DNA of 64,000 nt from Alistipes sp. (GCA_045654285.1 JAZONC010000019.1:46602-110601), one strand, 5' to 3'; counted from the stretch's first letter, positions 18,444 to 29,618 are shown. Numbers and translations are program-made. Notes: generated from the letters alone by a model not told the origin.

Positions 18444-20708
18444 TTATTGATAATGTAGTTCAAACCTATGCCTACCCGACCCTATCTCACCACAATCGAT
18501 GCGGCCATCTGCCGTCTGGTGAAGTTTGACGCTCTTGCCGTCAATATACAGCTCCTTCACCGAGGCCAACGTGGGAAGCGACACCTCGGCGGTAGTATTG
18601 GCAGGGATTGACACGCTCATCGAATAGGCCTCCGACGAAGAGCTTATCTCAACCTCTACACCACCTCTGATGGTAGGCACCGTAGCCTTAACCGATTTAA
18701 GGCTCGAGGTCTGCGGAGCAATAGCCATCCGCGCAAAGCCCGCCTCGAGAGGCGTTACGCCCACAACATAGCGAGGAATGATATTAGCCGGAGCAGCACC
18801 CCACGCGTGGTTCCAATCCTGGTTATTCTTAAACTTATCGTCCCACGCCTCGTAGGTGATCGTCGCCCCGTGGCGCACCATATTATACCAGCTACGCTCA
18901 TCCTCCTTCGAGAGCAGGTGCAGGCCATAGTCGCCATCGGCGGCGCCATACACGGCATCCATCAAGAACTGGGCGGCATAGACACTGCAAACCAATCCTC
19001 GGCTACGTATATACTCCATCACTCTCGGCTGGCGACTATCATCGACAAGACCCAACGCCAGCGGGAAGAGATTAGAGTGTAGCGATATATGTTCGCTATC
19101 CACTCCATCGCGATAAACACCCTTCTCCTCGTCAAAGAGTAGCGCATTAAACGCCTCCTTCAACGCCTTGCACTCCTGCTCCAAAGCCTTAGCCTCCGCG
19201 TGGCGGTTGGTCAGCGTGGCCATCTGTTGCAAAATCGTGAGCGCACGATAGTGGAAGGCATTGACTACGGTGTTATAGTCGGTCAAATGGTAGTTATCAT
19301 CCTCGCCGTGCGGCCAATCACCGCAGCGTGGCCAATCGACAATGTCGCGCATATTTCCATAGAAGCGAATCGAAGACTTAAACTCGTCGCTCGCCACCCT
19401 CTCGTCGGTAGTCGAGATAAGACCATTGTCGCGGCGCAACGACTGCAGGGTGCGGGCCTTCAGGATGTCGTAATTAGCCTCTATCGAGCGGCTGTCGCCC
19501 GTATATAGATAGTCGTTCCACGCAATGATAAGTGCCTGCAAGATCCACTCCGTAGGCCAGGTGGGGTGCTCCAACAGATACTCCGATGTGCGGCGTCCCA
19601 TAGCATACTCGCGGTCGGTGGTATAGTGGCTCAACTGATTGATTATGGCGTCGGCCTCGTAGGGGATACGCTCTCGGTCGCCATCGATATAGATACCCAG
19701 CGCCGAGGTGGCTTTGATGGTATATTTACATAACTCCCACACGGCGTTGAGCACCTCGTTGTCGCTCTCGAAGTGGGCGGCCTCCATATCAAAGGGATAG
19801 ATCGTAGTGTGGCGCACCACATCCTCGGCCTTCACCTCACCTGCATACTCCTCAATCTGGCAGTAGCGCATCGGGGCAATCTCATCCAGATAGTCGGGCA
19901 CAAGCACTGCCTGCGGGCCTGTGTTTCGTTTGTCGGGAGTGGGAATAACTTTATAGGTATGGCGTCCCTGACGGAGCACCAGCGGGTAGCGATAGTAGCG
20001 CACCGTGCCGTGGGGCTTGGTGTTGATGCGGTCATCTTTGGCATCCTCGCCAATGGCTATATAAATAGTGTCGTTATCCCTCTCGCTCTCGAGCGTTACC
20101 TCCAATGAGGCAAACGACGCACGGCCAAAGTCGAGGAATGTGGTCTTTTCATCGGTGCGGCTAACGCTCACGGCATACTCGCGTTCACGAATCTGCGGAC
20201 GATACGATACGGCGTATGGTTGCAACTCTACGGCTGTGCGGAATGGCTCCACCTTAGACCACGCCGAGGTGCCGTTGTTAGTCTGCACCATCACACTCCA
20301 ATAATAGGTCTTATCAGCGAGCAAATCCTCTCCGCCATACCCTACTGCCACCGACTGCTGGCTCGGAGTCATTGCACTATCCCACACGCGACCACGATGC
20401 TTGGCCGCATCGGCAGCATTATCGTCAACCACAATGCGGTAGGCCGTCTGCAGAGTACCCTCACCCAAATCGGGGACAATCCAACCAAATGATGGTCGCG
20501 AGGAGCGAATCTCGGCGTACTGATATACCTTCAGCTCCTCATCGCTCAAATCCTGCATACGGGCATCGACACGATAACCTCCGGCATAGAGTGCCGAGGC
20601 GTCGCTCACAAGATCGGTCATAAGGGATGTAGGTTGTGGCTTTCGAAGAATAAAACAGATAGCCACCACAACACAGAGGGCAAGAAGAGGGAGAGTCCAC
20701 TTTTTCAT
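18444..20708 (-). CDS. Alpha-L-rhamnosidase (GH78 family), exported
   Basis: QTAYRIVV, VWDSA, LDFGR, DGDRERIPYEAD, GATITYEAWD, WNHAWGAAP, TIRGGV; start at MKKWTL signal peptide. Confidence 0.85.
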   Translation of the reverse strand: MKKWTLPLLALCVVVAICFILRKPQPTSLMTDLVSDASALYAGGYRVDARMQDLSDEELKVYQYAEIRSSRPSFGWIVPDLGEGTLQTAYRIVVDDNAADAAKHRGRVWDSAMTPSQQSVAVGYGGEDLLADKTYYWSVMVQTNNGTSAWSKVEPFRTAVELQPYAVSYRPQIREREYAVSVSRTDEKTTFLDFGRASFASLEVTLESERDNDTIYIAIGEDAKDDRINTKPHGTVRYYRYPLVLRQGRHTYKVIPTPDKRNTGPQAVLVPDYLDEIAPMRYCQIEEYAGEVKAEDVVRHTTIYPFDMEAAHFESDNEVLNAVWELCKYTIKATSALGIYIDGDRERIPYEADAIINQLSHYTTDREYAMGRRTSEYLLEHPTWPTEWILQALIIAWNDYLYTGDSRSIEANYDILKARTLQSLRRDNGLISTTDERVASDEFKSSIRFYGNMRDIVDWPRCGDWPHGEDDNYHLTDYNTVVNAFHYRALTILQQMATLTNRHAEAKALEQECKALKEAFNALLFDEEKGVYRDGVDSEHISLHSNLFPLALGLVDDSRQPRVMEYIRSRGLVCSVYAAQFLMDAVYGAADGDYGLHLLSKEDERSWYNMVRHGATITYEAWDDKFKNNQDWNHAWGAAPANIIPRYVVGVTPLEAGFARMAIAPQTSSLKSVKATVPTIRGGVEVEISSSSEAYSMSVSIPANTTAEVSLPTLASVKELYIDGKSVKLHQTADGRIDCGEIGSGRHRFELHYQ

Positions 20709-20785
20709 AATGCAAGTTAGGTTTGATTGTGTAAATTTAACAAAAATACTCCTATCGACCAAACATTGCATCGACATAGACTCGG

Positions 20786-22399
20786 TTAGAAGTCGGCCGC
20801 ACACTCAATCTCGATGCGCTCGCCCGTCGAAGGGTGATTAAACGAGAGCGCACAGGCGTGCAGGCAAAGGCGATGGCCATCCTCTAAGTCGGCCAGCAGG
20901 CCTCGGCCATATATATCGTCGCCCACGATTGGGGTGTTAAGACCCAAAGAGTGTGCGGCGTGCAGACGTAGTTGGTGGGTACGACCCGTTATGGGATGAA
21001 ACAAAACGCGGGTATGGCCATTCTCGATGGCTAATACCTCATACTCGGTGATCGCCTGCTTGCCATCGGGGGCTATCATCTGGCGAGGACGGTTGTCGTA
21101 ATCAAGACGCATCGGGAGATCGATTCTGCCACTACGCTTTTCGATTACGCCATCGAGCAGGGCTACATAACTTTTTGCAACCGTACGACCAATAAACTGC
21201 GACTGCAACGCATAGTGAGAGGCCTTATTTTTCGCCACAACGAGTATTCCCGAAGTGGATTGATCCAGACGATGCACAATCATAGCCTCGCTATATCGCT
21301 CGCGCGCCCACATCTCCACCGAACGCACGCCCGACTTGCCATCGACAGATAACATTCCGCACGGCTTGTTAATTACCACCAGATCGCTATCTTCGTAGAG
21401 TATTTCGGGCTCGGCTGGTTCTATTTCGGTCAATGGATTAGACTCGACATCGAGGCCTTGCATCATATGCATAAGTATAGGTTTACACTTGCTATTGCAC
21501 GATGGGTAGAAATGGCCGTCGTGACGCACCTCACCTCGGGGTGATGCGCCCTGCCAGAATTCCGCCATAGCCAACGGCTTGAGACCATTACGATAGGCAT
21601 ATTGCAGAAGTTTGGGTGCAGCACACTCGCCCGCACCAGCAGGGGGAATACATTGCGCAGTGGGAGCAAATAACTCACAGAGATCTCGTTCCTCACCACG
21701 AGCATTGAGCATACGAAACTCGCGGAACAGCGCCATCTGCAACTCGGCCGAACGGTGGCGACGCTCCTCACGCAGGGCGTCAATAGCATCTTGCAGCGAT
21801 TTTAACTCTTGCTCGGCCTTACTCTCCGCCTCTCGCAAGGCACGCTTTAGGCGTTGCAGATCTGCATTGTCGCGCTGACTCTCCAATCGAAGCGCCGACT
21901 CCTCCTCGCCCATTGCTCGGCGCTCATCTCTTGCCGCCTTGCGCTGGGCAAGAGCCGATTTAAGGGCGTCCATCTCTTGCTTGGCTCGCTGCCGCTGTGC
22001 GGCTAAGTTATGCTGTGCCGATAGGTAATCATCGCTACTGTACATCGCATCTATGCGGTGATTAATGGCCGAAATAGCAGCCTCCTCGCGACGGAAGAAG
22101 TCGTCGGGTTGCAACATATCGTACACCGCTGGCACGAAGTATTCGTGGTCGTTACGACCTGCCAGATTACCCGAAAAAGCGGCCAGGAAGCCCAACTCAC
22201 CCACCTCGTTCTGCACCACCAGCACACCAAACATCTTACCTAAGGCAACCTCGGCACTCCACTCACTGCGTGAACACACATACCGACGCACCTCATCGGC
22301 AGCCAGACGGCAAAGCGGATGAGGCGTGTAATGAAACGGCCAAGTGAACTGATGCGGTAGTTCGATAGCCGATATATCGTGGCTAAAACGGTGCAGCAT
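20786..22399 (-). CDS. RluA-family pseudouridine synthase with long N-terminal extension
   Basis: FTWPFHYTPHPLC, GKMFGVLVV, GAGECAAPKLLQYA, VINKPCGMLSV, VHRLDQSTSG, TGRTHQLRLH. Confidence 0.9.
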   Translation of the reverse strand: MLHRFSHDISAIELPHQFTWPFHYTPHPLCRLAADEVRRYVCSRSEWSAEVALGKMFGVLVVQNEVGELGFLAAFSGNLAGRNDHEYFVPAVYDMLQPDDFFRREEAAISAINHRIDAMYSSDDYLSAQHNLAAQRQRAKQEMDALKSALAQRKAARDERRAMGEEESALRLESQRDNADLQRLKRALREAESKAEQELKSLQDAIDALREERRHRSAELQMALFREFRMLNARGEERDLCELFAPTAQCIPPAGAGECAAPKLLQYAYRNGLKPLAMAEFWQGASPRGEVRHDGHFYPSCNSKCKPILMHMMQGLDVESNPLTEIEPAEPEILYEDSDLVVINKPCGMLSVDGKSGVRSVEMWARERYSEAMIVHRLDQSTSGILVVAKNKASHYALQSQFIGRTVAKSYVALLDGVIEKRSGRIDLPMRLDYDNRPRQMIAPDGKQAITEYEVLAIENGHTRVLFHPITGRTHQLRLHAAHSLGLNTPIVGDDIYGRGLLADLEDGHRLCLHACALSFNHPSTGERIEIECAADF

Positions 22400-22404
22400 A
22401 ACTT

Positions 22405-23004
22405 TTATTTATGGCGCAGCGATAGTTCGCGCTCCAAATCCTCAATCGAGCAACCCATCTGCTCCAACAATACAAGCAGATGATAGACCATATCCGAGGC
22501 CTCATAGATAAAGCGATCGCGATTACCATCCACAGCCTCCACAACGCTCTCCACAGCCTCCTCGCCCACCTTCTGCGCGATTTTCTTCACACCCTTGATA
22601 AAGAGCTTTGTTGTATATGAACCCTCTGGCATATCGCGATGGCGTTGCTGAATAACACTCTGCAAGTGGCGGATAAAACCCTCATCAGCGGGAGTGTCGA
22701 AGCAACTAACCGTGCCACGATGGCAAGTAGGGCCAATGGGATCTGCCTTGATGAGCAAGGTGTCGCCATCGCAGTCGATATACATATCCCTTACCATCAG
22801 ATAATTACCACTCGTCTCACCTTTAGTCCAGAGAGTTTGGCGCGTACGCGAGAAGAATGTTACGCGCCCCTCGGCCACGGTGCGCTCGAAAGCCTCACGA
22901 TTCATATAGCCGAGCATAAGCACCTTAAGCGTCGATGCATCCTGCACAACGACGGGTAGCAGGCCATCGGCACATTTATCTAATTTGAAATCATCGAATG
23001 TCAT
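22405..23004 (-). CDS. hisIE: Bifunctional phosphoribosyl-AMP cyclohydrolase / phosphoribosyl-ATP pyrophosphatase
   Basis: LWTKGETSGN, DCDGDTLL, CHRG, SYTTKLF, KVGEEAVE. Confidence 0.95.
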   Translation of the reverse strand: MTFDDFKLDKCADGLLPVVVQDASTLKVLMLGYMNREAFERTVAEGRVTFFSRTRQTLWTKGETSGNYLMVRDMYIDCDGDTLLIKADPIGPTCHRGTVSCFDTPADEGFIRHLQSVIQQRHRDMPEGSYTTKLFIKGVKKIAQKVGEEAVESVVEAVDGNRDRFIYEASDMVYHLLVLLEQMGCSIEDLERELSLRHK

Positions 23005-23759
23005 AATCTAACATCTATGTTTAACTGTTTCAACTCCTGTTTCAGATTCCCCACCGTAATCTCGCCAAAGTGGAAAATGCTGGCGGCCAATGCCGCATCG
23101 GCACGACCTGCGGTAAGCACATCGGCAATATCCTTTACCGAGCCGGCACCACCCGATGCGATGATGGGTATTGATACCGTATCGGCCAGACGGGCAAAGG
23201 TCTCGCACGGATAACCCGAACGAGTGCCGTCGTGATTCATCGAGGTGAAGAGAATCTCTCCCGCACCACGCTCCTGAGCCTCAAGAGCCCACGAGAATAG
23301 TTCCTTGTCGCTGGGTCGGCTACCGCCGTGGGTTGTGGCACGCCAAATGCCATCCTCCATCTGCTTAGCATCGATAGCCACCACCACAAACTGACTACCA
23401 TATCGAGCAGCAATCTCGTCAATGAGAGCGGGGTTAGCAATAGCGGCCGAGTTAATCGAAATCTTATCGGCACCAGCATCGAGTAAGCGTGCAGCATCGT
23501 CAATCGAAGAGATACCACCACCTACGGTGAAGGGTATGTTTATGCCATCGGCAATGCGTTCAACCAAGCGAGTGAAGATGTTGCGGCCCTCGCGTGTGGC
23601 GCTAATATCGAGATATACCAACTCGTCGGCACCACTGTGGGCATAGAACTGTCCCAACTCAACAGCATCACCCACATCGCGCAAATCGACAAAATTTATG
23701 CCCTTGACCGTGCGGCCCTCTTTGACATCGAGACAGGGAATTATACGTTTAGCGACCAT
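23001..23759 (-). CDS. hisF: Imidazole glycerol phosphate synthase cyclase subunit
   Basis: KRIIPCLDV, GADELVYLDISAT, GADKISINS, IASGGAG. Confidence 0.95.
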   Translation of the reverse strand: MVAKRIIPCLDVKEGRTVKGINFVDLRDVGDAVELGQFYAHSGADELVYLDISATREGRNIFTRLVERIADGINIPFTVGGGISSIDDAARLLDAGADKISINSAAIANPALIDEIAARYGSQFVVVAIDAKQMEDGIWRATTHGGSRPSDKELFSWALEAQERGAGEILFTSMNHDGTRSGYPCETFARLADTVSIPIIASGGAGSVKDIADVLTAGRADAALAASIFHFGEITVGNLKQELKQLNIDVRL

Positions 23760-24475
23760 TGCTCAATATCTTTTAATGTTATACGATTCTCATATATAGC
23801 CTTGCCGACAATCACCTTGCGAAGGCCCTTCTCGTTCAGGCGTTCGATGTCGGCCATCGAGCCAATACCGCCCGAAACGGTGAAATCAACCGACGGATAG
23901 CTACTCTGCAACTTTACATAGAGTTCATCCGAGGGGCCCTGCAACATACCATCGCGAGTGATATCAGTGCATACAACCTGACTAAGACCCATAGGCATAA
24001 ACTCATCGATCAGTTCCTCGATAGTAACGGCCAAATCCTCCTGCCAGCCATTTACCGACACCTTGCCATTACGCACATCAGCACCCAAAACCATCTTATC
24101 GCCACCAAACTGTGCCAGCCACTGGGCAAAAAGCATAGGCTCACGGGCAGCCACACTGCCTACGATGGCATAGTTGGCACCATAGTCGAACAATGCGCGG
24201 AGCGACTCCTCACTCTTGATACCTCCGCCCCACTCTATCTCTACGCCCGAGCCAACGACCATACGCTCGAGTGTCTTGAGATTTTTGGGTGTCGATGACT
24301 TTGCACCATCCAAATCCACAATGTGTATGCGCTTAACGCCACAATCGGCATAGCGTTTAGCCATATCCACAGGGCTCTGATCATAAACCTTACGACGGTC
24401 GTAATCGCCCTGCGAGAGGCGTACACAACGACCCTCGATGATATCTATCGCGGGAATTATCTCTATTCGACTCAT
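23741..24475 (-). CDS. hisA: ProFAR isomerase
   Basis: IIPAIDIIEGRCVRLSQGDY, HIVDLDGA, TDITRDGML. Confidence 0.95.
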   Translation of the reverse strand: MSRIEIIPAIDIIEGRCVRLSQGDYDRRKVYDQSPVDMAKRYADCGVKRIHIVDLDGAKSSTPKNLKTLERMVVGSGVEIEWGGGIKSEESLRALFDYGANYAIVGSVAAREPMLFAQWLAQFGGDKMVLGADVRNGKVSVNGWQEDLAVTIEELIDEFMPMGLSQVVCTDITRDGMLQGPSDELYVKLQSSYPSVDFTVSGGIGSMADIERLNEKGLRKVIVGKAIYENRITLKDIEQWSLNV

Positions 24476-25056
24476 AAGTTAAGAAAATTTTCGATTATAC
24501 GCTCACCCACATCACCACTCTTCTCGGGATGGAACTGCGTACCGTAGAAATTCTCGTACTTTAGTGCCGCACTAAACATCACACCGTGCGACGAGGTAGC
24601 AATGGTGTCTGGGCATAGTTCGGGGTAATATGAGTGTACGAAATAGACATAACTGCCACTCTCCAAACCTTTGAATAGTTTAGTTTCCAGATTTCCAATC
24701 TGATTCCAACCCATATGGGGCACCTTCACATCGGGTGCAGGCGAAAAACGCCTAACGCGTGCATCGAAGATGCCGAGGCAATCAACATCGCCCTCCTCGC
24801 TATGGCGACACATCACCTGCATACCCACGCAAATACCCAACACAGGGCGACGCAGCGAGCGTATGACATCTACGAGGCCTGCCGCACGCAGATTCTCCAT
24901 AGCCTCGGCGGCATTGCCCACACCCGGCAACAGCACCCTGTCGGCCGAGCGGATGACATCAGCATCGGAGGTAACACAGAATTCTGCCCCCAGACGCTTC
25001 AGAGCATTCTCCACCGAGCGAAGATTACCCATCTTATAATCTACAATAGCTATCAT
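24472..25056 (-). CDS. hisH: Imidazole glycerol phosphate synthase glutamine amidotransferase subunit
   Basis: GNLRSV, LPGVG, GICVGMQ, PHMGWN, QFHPEKS. Confidence 0.95.
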   Translation of the reverse strand: MIAIVDYKMGNLRSVENALKRLGAEFCVTSDADVIRSADRVLLPGVGNAAEAMENLRAAGLVDVIRSLRRPVLGICVGMQVMCRHSEEGDVDCLGIFDARVRRFSPAPDVKVPHMGWNQIGNLETKLFKGLESGSYVYFVHSYYPELCPDTIATSSHGVMFSAALKYENFYGTQFHPEKSGDVGERIIENFLNL

Positions 25057-26177
25057 AACACGCCTTTGCTTGAAGGTAAATCATACTTAAATACATCTCT
25101 ACGGATAGCCATCTTCAGCGCACGGGCAAAAGCCTTGAACACGCCCTCGATGAGGTGGTGATTGTTCTCGCCACGCGCCTCGATGTGCAGGTTGCATCGC
25201 ATAGCCACACACAACGACTTGAAGAAGTGCTTAAACATCTCGGTAGGCACATCGCCCACTCGTTCGCGCGTAAAGGGCACATTCCACACAAAGTCAGCAC
25301 GGCCACCGAAGTCAATCAACACCATAGCTCGGCACTCATCCATCGGCAGAACAAAACCGTAGCGGTCGATGCCTCGCTTCGAGCCAAGAGCCTTACTTAC
25401 GGCCTCGCCCAATGCGATAGCTACATCCTCGATGGTGTGGTGCTCGTCGACCTCTAAATCGCCCTTGCACAAAGCCTCCAGCGAAATGCCAGCGTGATGA
25501 GGCAACTGCCACAACATATGGTCGAAGAACTTAAGTCCCGTATCCACCCGCGACTGCAAGCCACCATCCAGATCTATTGCTATGCGAATATCGGTCTCCG
25601 AGGTCTTGCGCTCTACAACAGCCACTCGCTCGCTACGGCGCAGAAACTCTGCCACATCGGCCCATCGGGGAGTAATAAACACACACGACGAGGCAAAAGC
25701 CTTATCCTCGAGCATAGCTTCGCCCACCGCCTTCGGCTGCAACAGGATGGCCTTTGCGCCAAGGTTGTAAGCCAACTCTACATCGGTTGCGCGATCGCCA
25801 ATAACATAGGATGACGCCATATCGTACTCTTCGGTGAGATACTTACCAAACATTCCCACACCCGGTTTACGCGTAGGAGCATTCTCCTGCGGGAAGGTAG
25901 GGTCTATGAGTTGATCATTGAAGAATACACCCTCGCCCGCCAGCGTGCGAAGCATCTTGGTGTGTGCTGGCCAGAAGGTATGCTCAGGAAAAGAGTCAGT
26001 TCCCAAGCCATCCTGATTAGAGGCCAAGACCAACTCGTAGTCCAACTCGGCCACTGATTTGAGTCCCGAAATGGCGCCTGGCACAAACTCCAACTTCTCA
26101 AGCGAATCGACCTGATAATCCTCGGGCGGTTCAACGAGTATCGTGCCGTCACGATCAACGAATAGTACGCTCTTCAT
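25053..26177 (-). CDS. hisB: Bifunctional histidinol-phosphatase / imidazoleglycerol-phosphate dehydratase
   Basis: [34 protein letters not shown]. Confidence 0.95.
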   Translation of the reverse strand: MKSVLFVDRDGTILVEPPEDYQVDSLEKLEFVPGAISGLKSVAELDYELVLASNQDGLGTDSFPEHTFWPAHTKMLRTLAGEGVFFNDQLIDPTFPQENAPTRKPGVGMFGKYLTEEYDMASSYVIGDRATDVELAYNLGAKAILLQPKAVGEAMLEDKAFASSCVFITPRWADVAEFLRRSERVAVVERKTSETDIRIAIDLDGGLQSRVDTGLKFFDHMLWQLPHHAGISLEALCKGDLEVDEHHTIEDVAIALGEAVSKALGSKRGIDRYGFVLPMDECRAMVLIDFGGRADFVWNVPFTRERVGDVPTEMFKHFFKSLCVAMRCNLHIEARGENNHHLIEGVFKAFARALKMAIRRDVFKYDLPSSKGVL

Positions 26178-27198
26178 ATCTCTTTAACGAATTTATCAAT
26201 TTATCATTTTCCGACTCCACGCCAATGGTAATACGCAAGCAACCCTCACAACCTTTCACGCGGTTACGGTTACGCACGATAATTCCGTCGGCAATCAAAT
26301 AGTCATACACTGCATCGGCATCGTCCACCTTCACAAGCAGGAAGTTGGCGTCGCTCGGATATACCTTCTCAACGAACGAAAAGGCACCCAAAGCCTCTGC
26401 TACAACCGAGCGTTGAGCCTTAATCTCGGATACTTGGTCTTCAATACCCTTTGTCAAAAGTTCGCTCACGATACCCATCGTGGCAACATTGATATTATAG
26501 GGATACTTAACCTGCGAAAAGAGCTCCACCACACGCTTATCGGCAAGAGCCAAGCCTACTCTTAAGCCCGCCATAGCCCACGCCTTTGACATTGTCTGCA
26601 AGACGACAAGGTTAGGGTGCGACTCAATCTCCGAGGCAAGGCTATCGGCGTCGGCAAAGTCGATATATGCCTCATCGACCACAACCATACAATCCATCTC
26701 TCTCACCAAGCGCATCAACTCCTCGCGCGGGAACGAATTTGCCGTGGGGTTATTAGGAGAGCAGAGAAACAAAGCCTTGGTGTTCTTGTCAGCCGCAGCA
26801 AGCAGGGCCTCAACGGGGAGCGAATACTCCTCGCCCAACGCTACTTCGCGAATCTCAACATCGTTAATTGCCGCCGCAACCTTATACATTCCGTAACTTG
26901 GAGCAATGGCAACCACATTATCCAATCGCGGCTCGCAGAAGACACGAAAGACCATATCGATGGCTTCGTCGCTACCGTTGCCAATAAAGATATTCTCGGC
27001 CGCAATGCCCTTGATGGCCGCAATCTGCGCCTTCAGGGCCTTCTGGTGGGGGTCGGGATAGCGGTTATAGCCATTCTCATAGGGGCTCTCGTTGGCATCG
27101 AGGAAGACGCCCAACTCGCCCTTGTACTCGTCGCGTGCTGTCGAATAGGGGGTAAGAGCCGCTATCGAGGGGCGGACATATGTGTTTATACTCTTCAT
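26155..27198 (-). CDS. hisC: Histidinol-phosphate aminotransferase
   Basis: [44 protein letters not shown]. Confidence 0.95.
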   Translation of the reverse strand: MKSINTYVRPSIAALTPYSTARDEYKGELGVFLDANESPYENGYNRYPDPHQKALKAQIAAIKGIAAENIFIGNGSDEAIDMVFRVFCEPRLDNVVAIAPSYGMYKVAAAINDVEIREVALGEEYSLPVEALLAAADKNTKALFLCSPNNPTANSFPREELMRLVREMDCMVVVDEAYIDFADADSLASEIESHPNLVVLQTMSKAWAMAGLRVGLALADKRVVELFSQVKYPYNINVATMGIVSELLTKGIEDQVSEIKAQRSVVAEALGAFSFVEKVYPSDANFLLVKVDDADAVYDYLIADGIIVRNRNRVKGCEGCLRITIGVESENDKLINSLKRYEERTIR

Positions 27199-27201
27199 AA
27201 C

Positions 27202-28482
27202 CTAACTTTTTTCAATTCTAACTCTAACTGCCGCCGCGTGAGCCTCCAAGCCCTCAGCCTCGGCCATAGCGATGATGGTGGGGGCCAAAGCCTCAACGCC
27301 CTCGCGCGAAAGGTGCTGGATGGTCATCTTACGCATAAAACTGTCGATATTCACACCACTGCACGAATGTGCCCAACCCGAAGTGGGTAGTGTGTGGTTT
27401 GTGCCCGAAGCATAGTCGCCAGCACTCTCGGGCGAATAGTTACCGATAAATACGCTTCCTGCCGATGTAATCTGAGAGGCTACACTCCACACATCCTCCA
27501 TCGAGATGATTAGGTGCTCGGCGGCATACTCCTCGGCAAAGGCAATCATATCGTTGCGATTATCGAACACTATGGCACGGCTGTTTGCGAGCGACTCGGC
27601 TACATACTCTTCGCGTGAGAGCAATGCTCGCTGACGCTCTACCTCGGCCCCGACAGCCTCGGCAATGGCACGACTTGAGCAGACCACGATAGCCTGACTG
27701 TCGCGTCCGTGCTCAGCCTGCGACAACATATCGGCCGCAACGAAGCGTGCATCAGCCGATGAATCTGCCATAACCATAACCTCCGACGGGCCAGCGGGCA
27801 TATCGATTGATGTATTACGGCTTGCGACGAGTTGCTTAGCCAGGGTTACATATCTATTACCAGGACCAAAAATCTTATCCACCTTCGGAATGGTTGCCGT
27901 TCCATAGGCCATAGCCGCAACAGCCTGTGCACCGCCAGCCTTAAAGACAGCCGTAACGCCACAACGGCGTGCCGCATACAGCACCTCGGCAGCCACCGCG
28001 CCCTGCTTGTTAGTCGGAGTGCAAAGAATGACCTGCTCGCAACCTGCTAAACGCGCTGGAAGAGCCAACATAAGCACCGTAGAGAAGAGGGGCGCCGTGC
28101 CACCAGGTATATATAATCCCACTCGGCGAATAGGCACGGGGCGCTGTAAGCACTCCACACCCGACTGAGTCTCCACCCTTACTTCCGAGGGTAGCTGAGC
28201 ACGGTGAAAAGCCTCGATATTGCGAACGGCAACCTCGATGGCAGCCTTCACATCATTGCTCACTCGCTGCTCGGCGGCGACAAACTCTTCCTCCTGCACC
28301 TTGAGTGATGAGAGGCATACGCCATCAATCTGCTCAGCAAGAGCCTTCAACGCCTCATCTCCCTCTTGGCGCACACGCTCCACGATGGCCTCCACGCGCT
28401 CGGCGATGAGCGAGTTATCCTGCTCGGCACGACGACACAGCTCAGGCCACTGCTCAGGGGCGGGGTTTAAGTAGATGTTCAT
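27202..28482 (-). CDS. hisD: Histidinol dehydrogenase
   Basis: GLYIPGG, GGAQAVAA, FGPGNRYV, DMPAGPSE, GDYASGTNHTLPT. Confidence 0.96.
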   Translation of the reverse strand: MNIYLNPAPEQWPELCRRAEQDNSLIAERVEAIVERVRQEGDEALKALAEQIDGVCLSSLKVQEEEFVAAEQRVSNDVKAAIEVAVRNIEAFHRAQLPSEVRVETQSGVECLQRPVPIRRVGLYIPGGTAPLFSTVLMLALPARLAGCEQVILCTPTNKQGAVAAEVLYAARRCGVTAVFKAGGAQAVAAMAYGTATIPKVDKIFGPGNRYVTLAKQLVASRNTSIDMPAGPSEVMVMADSSADARFVAADMLSQAEHGRDSQAIVVCSSRAIAEAVGAEVERQRALLSREEYVAESLANSRAIVFDNRNDMIAFAEEYAAEHLIISMEDVWSVASQITSAGSVFIGNYSPESAGDYASGTNHTLPTSGWAHSCSGVNIDSFMRKMTIQHLSREGVEALAPTIIAMAEAEGLEAHAAAVRVRIEKS

Positions 28483-28487
28483 ATCGT

Positions 28488-29339
28488 TTACTGTATAATC
28501 TTATCCAAAGTAAGCACCAAAATACCTTCGGCACCGATAGCCTTGAGTTGGCACACCTTATCCCACAAATCAGCCGCATCGACCACCGAGTGCAGCGAGC
28601 ACCACCCCTCAGCAGCAAGCGGCATAACGGTCGGGCTTCGCATAGCAGGCAAAATCTTCACAGCCTCGTCGAGCGATGCGGTGGGAATGTTCATCAGCAG
28701 GTACTTCTTGCCACGGCTCACGCTCTCCGACTCGATGCGGAATAGCAACTCCTCGAGAAGTGCCTTATCCTCCTGTGCGAGATTCTTGTTTGCAATCAAC
28801 ACAGCCTCCGACTCGAATACGCGCTCGACCTCCTTCAGGCCGTTCGACACAAGCGTACCGCCTGACGATACAATATCAAAAATAGCATCGGCAATACCCG
28901 CAGCGGGTGCAATCTCCACAGAGCCTGTGATGACCTCCATCTGAGCCTCGACACCTTGCTCTTTGAGGAAGTTACCCAAAATGGCTGGATATGAGGTAGC
29001 AATACGCTTACCCTGAAAATACTCTACGCCCTCGTATGCATCGTTTTTGGGAATAGCGAGCGATATGCGGCAACCGCCAAAGCCCAACTTCTTAACAACC
29101 TCGACATCGCAACCACTCTCGGCCACCTCATTGAGGCCTACGATACCCAGCGTAGCCGTACCATTGGCCACCACTTGCGGAATATCATCGTCGCGCAAGT
29201 AGAGCACTTCGATGGGAAAATTAGCCGCCTGCGAGAGAAATTTACGCTTGGCAGCATCAACATCGATACCAATCTCGTGGAGCAGATCCATACTCTGCTC
29301 GTTAAGACGACCTTTGGTCTGAATAGCAATTCTCAACAT
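28488..29339 (-). CDS. hisG: ATP phosphoribosyltransferase (long form)
   Basis: LRIAIQTKGRL, RDDDIP, IATSYP, GSVEIAP, DIVSSGGTL. Confidence 0.96.
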   Translation of the reverse strand: MLRIAIQTKGRLNEQSMDLLHEIGIDVDAAKRKFLSQAANFPIEVLYLRDDDIPQVVANGTATLGIVGLNEVAESGCDVEVVKKLGFGGCRISLAIPKNDAYEGVEYFQGKRIATSYPAILGNFLKEQGVEAQMEVITGSVEIAPAAGIADAIFDIVSSGGTLVSNGLKEVERVFESEAVLIANKNLAQEDKALLEELLFRIESESVSRGKKYLLMNIPTASLDEAVKILPAMRSPTVMPLAAEGWCSLHSVVDAADLWDKVCQLKAIGAEGILVLTLDKIIQ

Positions 29340-29386
29340 AATTATATCTTTTCCTTACTTTTTATCACCCGTTCGGCAAACAATTC

Positions 29387-29419
29387 AATAAATAAGGGCC
29401 TACCACAAAGGTAAGCCCT
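29387..29419 (-). terminator. his attenuator terminator
   Basis: Minus strand AGGGCTTACC-TTTGT-GGTAGGCCCT then TATTTATT, between the leader ORF and hisG. Confidence 0.8.
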
Positions 29420-29447
29420 CATATTGCATTTCACCATACAGCACGAC

Positions 29448-29504
29448 CTACCCTATCTTTCGCAAGATATAATGATGGCGGTGGATGTTGAATGTATTTG
29501 TCAT
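29448..29504 (-). CDS. hisL: his operon leader peptide (MTNTFNIHRHHYILRKIG*)
   Basis: 18-codon ORF with an H-R-H-H cluster upstream of a terminator and hisG; TATATTTG promoter element at 29526-29533. Confidence 0.8.
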   Translation of the reverse strand: MTNTFNIHRHHYILRKIG

Positions 29505-29618
29505 TTTATGTAGTCTTTCTCTATGCAAATATAATTATTTATTCCTAAAATGCAACATAACAATGCAAATTTTTCGAATAAATCGCTATTTTTCTTGGCA
29601 TAAATATGAACTATTGCG

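Noticed and set aside
12571-20804. ORF-track N-terminal extensions of the transporter, symporter and GH78 genes
   Set aside because: They overlap neighbouring genes or promoters; downstream ATGs at 13467, 14923 and 20708 have AT-rich leaders and plausible N-termini.
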